Source: Candidatus Latescibacterota bacterium (lineage in GTDB: Bacteria; Latescibacterota; UBA2968; UBA8231). Taken from it: DNA of 64,000 nucleotides. Both the position numbers and the translations under genes were made by a program. The notes under the pieces are model-generated. The model did not search any database. It was not told the origin of the DNA and saw only the letters and a list, made by a program, of their open reading frames with translations. Shown in pieces: positions 56,943 through 64,000 of this stretch; within the stretch, counting starts at the first letter, position 1; each line of letters begins with the position of its first letter. The stretch is from the NCBI GenBank assembly GCA_963422735.1, contig OY730476.1:4064001-4128000 (forward strand). The letters run 5' to 3'.

Positions 56943-58193
56943 ATGGAAGTACTCGGTGGCCCGCTTTTTGGCGTTGCCGGAGCAGGAGAATCGCACGGCC
57001 CGGCGATTGTCACAACAATCTTCGGCTGTCCCCCCGGCCTGTGGGTGGAGCGCGCCCAGATCCAGCACTATCTCGACCGCCGACGCCCCGGCAGCAACAA
57101 GCTGGGCACCCCCCGGCGGGAAGACGACCAAGTCGCCTTGCTGTCCGGCCTCTACTCGGAAGACCACGACCAGCTTCTATCCGGGCCGGCGCTGCACTTG
57201 CACCTAGGCGAGGACGAGACGCCGATGCACACCTATGAAGCCGGCTTTACTACGGGCGAGCCGATCGCCGCGGCCGTATTCTCGGCCGCCAAACGTTCGG
57301 GCGATTACAAGCAGTTCTCAGGGCCGCAGGGCCACGTCCGCCCCGGACACACAGACCTAGTCAAGCACTACAAATCGCGGGGCTTTGTCGATGTGCGCGG
57401 CGGCGGGCGTTCTAGCTATCGCTCGACCATATCCGATGTCATCGGCGGCACTATTGCCCGCCTCTATCTGGCCGAGCACTTCGGCACGGCCATTTTCTCT
57501 TCGATCTGCCAAGTCGGGCCGCTGGAGACGGGCATTTCCCTAGCGGCCCGAGTCGCCGAACTAGTCGCCGAAGCCGACGGGCAGCCCCTGTCTCCCGCAA
57601 CGTGTGCCGCGCTCGAAGGCGAGCTGGAGCGCGGGCCGCTCCGCACGGTGGATGCGGATTTCGCCCGCCAAGCGGCCGAACTGATTGCCAAGACCCGCAA
57701 GGAGCAGGACTCCATCGGCGCCGCACTCGAAGTAGTGGCCGTCAACGTGCCCCCCCTCGTCGGCGAACCTCTGTACCAGAGTCTGAAGTTGCGCCTGATG
57801 GGCAGCCTCGGTGGCTTGCACGCGGTGCAAGCCTGCGAAATAGGCACAGGCCGCGCTGCATCTGTGCGCCGCGGCAGCGAGCACAACGATCCCATCCGCA
57901 CCGGCGGGTATCAGAGCAACAGCCACGGTGGCTTGCTCGGCGGCGTGACCACGGGTATGCCGCTAGTATGCCGCTTGAGCTTCAAGCCCACGGCCACCAT
58001 CGCCCGGCCCCAAAATTCTGTGCGCAAGGACCTCGAAGAAATCGAGTTCCAACTCGCCAAGGGCCGCCACGACCCCTGCGTGGGAGTGCGCGCTGGCGCG
58101 ACCCTAGAATCGCGGCTGGCCATCGAGCTGATGAACGCGATGCTCGCGCACCAAGCGCGCTGCATAGATGCGGGCAATTTCAAACTTTTCTAA
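56943..58193 (+). CDS. aroC: chorismate synthase
   Basis: GESHG, RRRPG, RPGHTD, GGGRSS, FKPTATI, GRHDPC. Confidence 0.85.
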   Translation: MEVLGGPLFGVAGAGESHGPAIVTTIFGCPPGLWVERAQIQHYLDRRRPGSNKLGTPRREDDQVALLSGLYSEDHDQLLSGPALHLHLGEDETPMHTYEAGFTTGEPIAAAVFSAAKRSGDYKQFSGPQGHVRPGHTDLVKHYKSRGFVDVRGGGRSSYRSTISDVIGGTIARLYLAEHFGTAIFSSICQVGPLETGISLAARVAELVAEADGQPLSPATCAALEGELERGPLRTVDADFARQAAELIAKTRKEQDSIGAALEVVAVNVPPLVGEPLYQSLKLRLMGSLGGLHAVQACEIGTGRAASVRRGSEHNDPIRTGGYQSNSHGGLLGGVTTGMPLVCRLSFKPTATIARPQNSVRKDLEEIEFQLAKGRHDPCVGVRAGATLESRLAIELMNAMLAHQARCIDAGNFKLF

Positions 58194-58211
58194 CTGTTCA
58201 GCTTCTAACGC

Positions 58212-59258
58212 TCACAGCGCGGGCATCTCCACGCCCAGTTCCTCCGCCACCGCGCCGATTTCATCCCAAGTGGGTTGGGGCAAAGCAATGCCTTCGACCA
58301 GCAGCCGCGCTCTAGTCTGCTGTTCAAGCTCGCCGGGTGCATAGACTTGCTCAAACCCAGGCAAAGGGCGAGCCGAGCACACCCACTTGGCCATCTCTTC
58401 GACCTCGCGCTCGTACGAGTCCAAGTCGATAAAATCCTCGATATTGATCGCTAGGACCATGATCCCATTACCGTCGTTGCCGCCTTCTTTGGTGCAGCCA
58501 GCATGTGAGAGCGGTCCCACCAACATTTCCACCATCATCGCCAGCCCGCAACCCTTGTGTCCAAACTGCAGGCCGCCCAACGGCAAGACGCCCGTGCCCT
58601 CGGCATCGTCTAGATAGCGCTGGGCGTCGGTGACAGGCTGGCCTTCCCGATCTATAACCCAACCCTCGGGCATCGGCTCCTCGCGAATGTTCTTCTGCAC
58701 GATTTTGCCACCAGCCACGACGGTCATGGTCATATCGAGCATGAAAGGCGGACCATTTTGGCGCGGGGCGGAAAAGGCGATAGGCTCAGGACGCAGGCGG
58801 CGGTCGGCCGAGCCGAAGGGCGCGAGGAAGAGGCCACCGCCATTGAGCCAAACCATGCCGATCATGCCCTTTGCAGCCATCCGCGGCGGATAGTCGCCAA
58901 GGCGGCAGATATGGCTGACGTGGTTGAGGCCAACAAAGCCGAAGGTGGCGTTTTGGGCTTTATCAACGGCAATGTCGAGGGCGCGATTGACGGCGACGAT
59001 GCCGTTGGCTCCCTTGCCGTTGATGATCCTGAGCACGGGAGTGTCGCGCACGACTTGGGTCTCTTCCCAGCGGACGTAGTTGTTTTGCATCCCGCGGGCG
59101 TAGTTGGGGACTAGCCAAGTGCCGTGGGAATCGTGGCCGTGGAGGTGGCTTTCGACGACGTGGTCGGCGACGATGCGAGCGTCATTTGCGGGAATACCAG
59201 TAGCGGCAAAAATGCGATAGCAGAGGTCGTTGAGGGTGTCGTGTTGGACTACGGGCAT
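58212..59258 (-). CDS. Ldh_2-family oxidoreductase
   Basis: LHGHDSHG, SHICRLGDY, LDMTMT, GHKGCGL, APGE. Confidence 0.85.
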   Translation of the reverse strand: MPVVQHDTLNDLCYRIFAATGIPANDARIVADHVVESHLHGHDSHGTWLVPNYARGMQNNYVRWEETQVVRDTPVLRIINGKGANGIVAVNRALDIAVDKAQNATFGFVGLNHVSHICRLGDYPPRMAAKGMIGMVWLNGGGLFLAPFGSADRRLRPEPIAFSAPRQNGPPFMLDMTMTVVAGGKIVQKNIREEPMPEGWVIDREGQPVTDAQRYLDDAEGTGVLPLGGLQFGHKGCGLAMMVEMLVGPLSHAGCTKEGGNDGNGIMVLAINIEDFIDLDSYEREVEEMAKWVCSARPLPGFEQVYAPGELEQQTRARLLVEGIALPQPTWDEIGAVAEELGVEMPAL

Positions 59259-59284
59259 GAGGAGTCCTTTGGATGGATACCGGT

Positions 59285-60367
59285 CTAGGAGACGTGCGCT
59301 TCCATCAGTTCGGTGAAGTAGCTGAACAAGTGGAAGCTATCGTGCGGGCCTGGCGAGGCCTCCGGGTGGCACTGGATAGAAAAAATGGGTAGCTCTCGGT
59401 GGTGCAGGCCCTCGACGCAATTGTCGTTGAGGTTGAGGCGAGTGATTTCGAGGCAGCTCGGCAACGAATCGGCCGCAATGCCCCAGCCGTGGTTTTCAGA
59501 AGTAATCAGGATTCGGTCGCTGGCGCGTTCCTTGATCGGCTGATTGGCCCCACGGTGTCCGAACTTGAGGCGATAAATTTCCGCGCCAAAAGCCAAGCCT
59601 AGAATCTCGTGGCCCAAGCAGATGCCGAAGATCGGCTTTTTGCCGATGAGGCCCTTACAAGTCTCGATCGCATAGTCGAGGGGCCGGGGATCGCCCGGGC
59701 CGTTGGAGAGAAAGACGCCGTCTGGCCCCAAAGCCAAGACCTCATCGGCCGTGGTTTTGGCCGGTACGACCGTCACCTTGCATCCTGTGGCGACCAAGCA
59801 GCGGACAATATTGCGCTTAATTCCGTAGTCTAGAGCCACGACGTGGAAGCGTGGGGCGTCGGAGCTTTCGACATAGGGCACAGAGCAGCTAACGGCAGCT
59901 ACCATGTCCACTCCGGTGAGCCCGGGCCAAGCGCGCGCCTTTTCGACTAAGCTGTCCGGATCAATATCTGTGGTAGAAATGGCGGCGTCCATCACGCCTT
60001 TGATGCGCACTCTGCGAGTCAACTCGCGGGTGTCGAGGCCCTCGATGCCGAGAACGCCGTGCTCTTGGAGATACTCGGGCAAACTCTGGTGCGCGCGCCA
60101 GCTACTCGGCAGGCGGCAGCACTCCTTCATCAGGAAGCCGCGGACTTGGGGCCTCGCCGATTCGTCGTCTTCAGGTGCGACCCCATAGTTGCCTATAAGT
60201 GGGTACGTCATAGTGACGATTTGGCCGGCATAGGAGGGGTCCGTGAGAATTTCCTGATAGCCGGTCATGCTAGTATTGAAGACCATTTCGCCGAGGCACT
60301 CACCCCCGCGGCCAAGAGCACGGCCCTCAAAGACGGTGCCGTCCGCGAGCGCGACGAGCGCTTTCAT
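59285..60367 (-). CDS. carA: carbamoyl-phosphate synthase small subunit
   Basis: FNTSMTGYQEILTDPSY, LSNGPGDP, FGICLGH, HPEASPGPHD. Confidence 0.95.
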   Translation of the reverse strand: MKALVALADGTVFEGRALGRGGECLGEMVFNTSMTGYQEILTDPSYAGQIVTMTYPLIGNYGVAPEDDESARPQVRGFLMKECCRLPSSWRAHQSLPEYLQEHGVLGIEGLDTRELTRRVRIKGVMDAAISTTDIDPDSLVEKARAWPGLTGVDMVAAVSCSVPYVESSDAPRFHVVALDYGIKRNIVRCLVATGCKVTVVPAKTTADEVLALGPDGVFLSNGPGDPRPLDYAIETCKGLIGKKPIFGICLGHEILGLAFGAEIYRLKFGHRGANQPIKERASDRILITSENHGWGIAADSLPSCLEITRLNLNDNCVEGLHHRELPIFSIQCHPEASPGPHDSFHLFSYFTELMEAHVS

Positions 60368-60446
60368 CGTCCGTAGATACTCCTTTTAAGAGGGTTTAAC
60401 AACGAGTAAAAACTTAGGCAAAAAAAGATGCGGTGAACAGGCGACC

Positions 60447-61517
60447 TCATTCCGTTGCCGAGTCGGTCAGGTCTTGGCGCTCCTGCCGTGCGCGCTCCTG
60501 CATATCGACGGCCAGATCGAATTCGCCGACGATTTCCTGACCGACGATTTCTTCAATCACGTCCTCTAAAGTGACGATGCCAGCAAAGCCACCGTATTCA
60601 TCGACGACGGCGAAAAGGTGCTCGCGCCGCTGGATAAATTCTTTAAGCAGGCGGCTAGCCCGCGCCGATTCGGGTACCGAATGGATGGAGCGGCCTACCT
60701 CAAAGAGCTTGGCTTGGCCGCGGCCATCGGCCAAGGCACTAAACGCATCGCGCCGCAGCACTAAGCCGACGATGTTTTCTCTCTCTCCCTGATAGAGGGG
60801 CACCCGGCTGTGGGACCAGCTACCGGACTGCTGGCGGGCCTCGGCCAAGCTCAAATCGCGGTCGAGGCAGTGGACTACTGTGCGTGGAGTCATAATATTG
60901 CTCGCACGCAACTCGTCGAGCTTGAGGATGTTTTGAATGACGCTCTCTTGATCGGACGAGATGGCACCAGAGCGGCGGCTCATCTGCGCGGTAATCTCAA
61001 TCTCTTCCGGTGCCACCACCGGCACGTCTGGTGCCCCGGCCGTTATGAGCTGCACGATGAATTTATTGAGCCAGATAAGAGGCGTGAACAGCCACACCAG
61101 CCATTGGATCGGGCGAGCTATAAACCGAGCGAGAACGCGGGCATGCACTACCCCTACTGTCTTGGGAAGAATCTCCGTAAAAATGAGTACTACCAGTGAG
61201 AAGGCGATAGTGAAGTACGTCTCCGACGTCCGCGGAAATACTCCGACAAAGGCGGCCCCAGCGATGGTGGCACCGCCGGTATGAGCCAACGTGTTCAGCG
61301 TGAGAATGGCCGAGATGGGACGCTGGATATCCGCGTGCAGTTTCTTGAGGATCTTACCCGAAGTGCGCCCTTGGCTAGCCAGCATTTCGATCTGACTGGC
61401 GGGCAGCGAATAGAGCGCGGCTTCCAAGAGCGAACAAACACAGGAGACGACGAGAACGATGCTGACGGCTAGAATCAGCTCGTATTCAGGGGATATAGGG
61501 GATATAAACGCGAACAT
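60447..61517 (-). CDS. CNNM/DUF21-CBS (hemolysin-family) membrane protein
   Basis: CSLLEAAL, ILTLNT, EILPK, MTPR, HSRVP, VDEYGG, TLEDVIEEIVG. Confidence 0.9.
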   Translation of the reverse strand: MFAFISPISPEYELILAVSIVLVVSCVCSLLEAALYSLPASQIEMLASQGRTSGKILKKLHADIQRPISAILTLNTLAHTGGATIAGAAFVGVFPRTSETYFTIAFSLVVLIFTEILPKTVGVVHARVLARFIARPIQWLVWLFTPLIWLNKFIVQLITAGAPDVPVVAPEEIEITAQMSRRSGAISSDQESVIQNILKLDELRASNIMTPRTVVHCLDRDLSLAEARQQSGSWSHSRVPLYQGERENIVGLVLRRDAFSALADGRGQAKLFEVGRSIHSVPESARASRLLKEFIQRREHLFAVVDEYGGFAGIVTLEDVIEEIVGQEIVGEFDLAVDMQERARQERQDLTDSATE

Positions 61518-61538
61518 AGACGCGAGGGCAATTTAACT

Positions 61539-61571
61539 AAAGAGAGGGACTCCCCTCCGGGACTCCCTCTC
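61539..61571 (-). terminator. possible intrinsic terminator after the SWIB gene
   Basis: AGAGGGACTCCC-CTCC-GGGACTCCCTCT hairpin (one mismatch), with only a short T-tract on the minus strand. Confidence 0.4.
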
Positions 61572-61608
61572 CAATGGCACTGGATTATAACGTCTTGCTC
61601 AGGAGTAG

Positions 61609-61962
61609 CTATTCCACGTGCTCATTAATCCGCTTGGTCAGATCAAACATACTCACTTGCTTCGCACCGCCGAAGATGGCTTGGAGCTTGTCGTCGGCAT
61701 TGATCATGCGCCTGTTTTGCTCGTCTTGCAGGCTATTCTTCTTGATGTACGCCCAGATTTTCTTGGTGATCTGAGTGCGCGGCAAGGGCTTGTTGCCGAC
61801 TATGGCCCCTAGGGCGGCGTCGGGCTGCAAGGGCCTCATAAAGGCGGGATTGGGCTTGCGCTTCGCCTTTTTCTTGGCAGCAGGTTTCTTCTTAGCAATC
61901 GCCTTCTTGGAAGCGGCCTTCTTAGCAGCAGGTTTCTTCTTAACAGTCGCCTTCTTGGCCAT
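61609..61962 (-). CDS. SWIB/MDM2-domain protein with histone H1-like Lys/Ala tail
   Basis: MAKKATVKKKPAAKKAASKK..., then NPAFMRP...PRTQITKKIWAYIKKNSLQD...INADDKL...VSMF; RBS AAAGGAG. Confidence 0.9.
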   Translation of the reverse strand: MAKKATVKKKPAAKKAASKKAIAKKKPAAKKKAKRKPNPAFMRPLQPDAALGAIVGNKPLPRTQITKKIWAYIKKNSLQDEQNRRMINADDKLQAIFGGAKQVSMFDLTKRINEHVE

Positions 61963-62098
61963 GCGAAGTTCTCCTTTGGCTGATAGGGGTAAAACCCGCA
62001 AGAGATGTTTGGGAATTCGGCTTCTCGGCCTCTTCCGCCTTTAAAGTAAAGTTTAAGGCCGATTCTATCCGCTTTGTGAAGCTACAACATTAGCTTTC

Positions 62099-62126
62099 AA
62101 TATAGTACGAGGGTAGTATAAGTCAA
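62099..62126 (-). promoter_or_regulatory. possible sigma70 promoter for the SWIB gene
   Basis: Minus strand TTGACT-N16-TATATT in an AT-rich divergent region. Confidence 0.4.
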
Positions 62127-62249
62127 GTAAAAATGTAGTCTTTTCATAGGAGAAAATGCTCTTACTAGATACGTTTGACACAATTTGCTAAAACGGCCAT
62201 TTTAATTTTGCACTTGGACTTTGTCGTATTTCGTTAGGTCTAAAAATTG

Positions 62250-63056
62250 ATGATCGAAAAGAGCAAATTGGGGTTTCTGGGCACCGGCAACATGGGACGG
62301 GCGCTGATCGAGGGTTTGGTTGGCCACTTTCCTTCGGGTCAGATAACCGCAGCCGACATCAGGCCGGAGGCTCTTGAGGGCTTGTCGGAGTTGGGCGTCC
62401 ACACCAGCACCGACTCTGCAGATGCCGTCCGCGGTCAGGACTTGGTAGTTTTGGTGCTCAAGCCGCAAGTAGCCTCTCCAGTATTAAAGGTGCTAGCCGC
62501 GCACTTCAGTACCCAGCAGCTCGTCGTTTCACTCATGGCCGGCGTATCGACCGCCCGGCTCGAGAAGTTGCTGCCCGCGCAAATGCCCGTAGTGCGCGTC
62601 ATGCCGCAGACGCTAGTGAGGGTTCGGGGTGCGGCTTGCGCTCTCTGCGCTGGTCGCGCTGCCAGCGCGGAGCAGATGGCGCAAGTGCGGTCTCTCTTCG
62701 ACTTGGTCGGTACAACAGTCGAGGTCGCCGAAAGTCTCATGGACGCCGTTACGGGGCTTTCCGGTAGCGGCCCGGCTTGGGCTTACACTGTCGTCGAGGC
62801 CCTCGCCGCCGGCGGCGTGTGCGCCGGCCTGCCGCGTGAAATCGCATTAACACTCGCCGCGCAAACCCTGCTCGGTGCCGCGCGCCTCGTGCTCGAAAGC
62901 GGCGAGCATCCGGCCGTGCTCAGAGACCAAGTTACTTCGCCGGGCGGGACTACGGCCGCGGGGCTGCATAAGCTAGAAGAAAAGGGCCTGCGCGACGCCC
63001 TGATCAGTGCTGTGCTAGCCGCAGCCGAGCGCTCCGCCGAGTTGGGGCAATCGTGA
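62250..63056 (+). CDS. proC: pyrroline-5-carboxylate reductase
   Basis: GTGNMG, VVRVMP, DAVTGLSGSGPA, VTSPGGTT. Confidence 0.95.
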   Translation: MIEKSKLGFLGTGNMGRALIEGLVGHFPSGQITAADIRPEALEGLSELGVHTSTDSADAVRGQDLVVLVLKPQVASPVLKVLAAHFSTQQLVVSLMAGVSTARLEKLLPAQMPVVRVMPQTLVRVRGAACALCAGRAASAEQMAQVRSLFDLVGTTVEVAESLMDAVTGLSGSGPAWAYTVVEALAAGGVCAGLPREIALTLAAQTLLGAARLVLESGEHPAVLRDQVTSPGGTTAAGLHKLEEKGLRDALISAVLAAAERSAELGQS

Positions 63057-63655
63057 TCGCGGTCATCGACTACGGCATGGGCAATTTGCGCAGCGTGCAG
63101 AAAGCCTTCGAGTTCCTCGGCTATGCGGCCGAAGTCGTCGAGAATCCCGAGCGCCTACGCGCGGCCACGCATCTCGTATTGCCTGGGGATGCGGCCTTTG
63201 GCGACGCCATGCACAACTTGCAGGTCGCCGGTTGGGATTCGGCCATCGCCGAGGGCCTCGCGGCCAACAAGCCCTTCTTGGGCATCTGCGTAGGGCTACA
63301 GCTCATGTTCGGGGAAAGTGAGGAAATGGGGAGGCATCGCGGCCTCGGAATCCTGCCGGGGAAATGCGTGCGCTTCCCCCCTGACGAGCGGGTGCCGCAC
63401 ATCGGCTGGAACCAAATCGCCATCAAGCGCGAGGTCTCGCTCTTAGAGGGCATACCTGAAGGGGTTTTTTTCTACTTCGTACATTCTTACTACGTAGTAA
63501 ACGAAAACAAAGACGATTGCGTCGCCACGACCGACTATGGGATTGACTACACCTCAGTCGCTGGGAGCGGCCGAGTCTTTGGCGTACAATTTCATCCAGA
63601 AAAGAGCCAAGTCCACGGCTTGCGCCTCCTCGACAACTTCGCGCGCCTGCGCTGA
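63053..63655 (+). CDS. hisH: imidazole glycerol phosphate synthase glutaminase subunit
   Basis: DYGMGNLRSV, LGICVGLQ, VPHIGWN, YFVHSY, QFHPEKS. Confidence 0.95.
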   Translation: MIAVIDYGMGNLRSVQKAFEFLGYAAEVVENPERLRAATHLVLPGDAAFGDAMHNLQVAGWDSAIAEGLAANKPFLGICVGLQLMFGESEEMGRHRGLGILPGKCVRFPPDERVPHIGWNQIAIKREVSLLEGIPEGVFFYFVHSYYVVNENKDDCVATTDYGIDYTSVAGSGRVFGVQFHPEKSQVHGLRLLDNFARLR

Positions 63656-63658
63656 GAT

Positions 63659-64000
63659 ATGCTTGCCAAGCGAATCATTCCCTGTCTAGATGTCAAAAAT
63701 GGCCGCAACGTGCGCGGGGTGCGCTTTTCGGCCGACCGCGACGCCGGCGACCCCGTTGAGCTAGCCGCGCGCTACGACGCCGAAGGCGCAGACGAGCTCG
63801 TCTTCTACGACATCACGGCTTCAGCCGATGGCCGCGCCATCGTCATGGATCTCGTGCGCCAAGTCTCCGAGCGGGTCTTCATTCCCCTAATGGTCGGTGG
63901 CGGTATTCGCACCTTCGCGGACGTGCGCCACATTCTCAAGACCGGTGCCGACAAGGTCTCGATCAACTCGGCCCATGTATATTCGCCGGAAATCATCAAC
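63659..64000 (+). CDS. hisF: imidazole glycerol phosphate synthase cyclase subunit (partial, runs off the window)
   Basis: [16 protein letters not shown]...GDPVELA...[13 protein letters not shown]...VGGGIR...GADKVSINS. Confidence 0.9.
   Translation, partial: MLAKRIIPCLDVKNGRNVRGVRFSADRDAGDPVELAARYDAEGADELVFYDITASADGRAIVMDLVRQVSERVFIPLMVGGGIRTFADVRHILKTGADKVSINSAHVYSPEIIN

Noticed and set aside
59285-60367. carA without adjacent carB as an anomaly
   Set aside because: Split carA/carB arrangements are common.

Overview
A 64-kb stretch of a GC-rich bacterial chromosome. FlgD-Ig/T9SS-like C-terminal domains, a C-terminal 'SWGQIK' tail and a DUF6807-Gfo/Idh/MocA pair suggest an FCB-related candidate phylum such as Latescibacterota (inference only). 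Most of it is mixed housekeeping and metabolism: clpP, mutM, moeA, hemA-ccsA, ltaE, ppk2, aroC, carA, proC, hisH, partial hisF, an RND efflux trio, a polyamine-type ABC transporter with ggt, and an anaerobic sulfatase maturase. I saw no rRNA, tRNA, intact transposase, phage or cas gene. Highlights: (1) At 32.5-40.2 kb, two exported proteins each fuse a CxxCH haem site to a complete PHM/DBH-type copper monooxygenase ligand set. They sit with a lipoprotein redoxin, a beta-barrel-like protein and an ECF/anti-sigma/Spy module whose likely promoter (GGGAATGA-N16-GTCTAA) occurs twice. (2) A triple-DUF5069 protein is coupled to a C26 gamma-glutamyl hydrolase. (3) A 2.7-kb patchwork holds decayed toxin-antitoxin/defence-type genes. 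(4) One intergenic region contains a (AGTGGTT)n heptamer array plus stacked inverted-repeat mini-elements. (5) Several genes belong to eukaryote-like families (GPP34, SWIB with H1-like tail, AAE17/18-like ligase). All family assignments come from motif recognition by eye; no searches were run.
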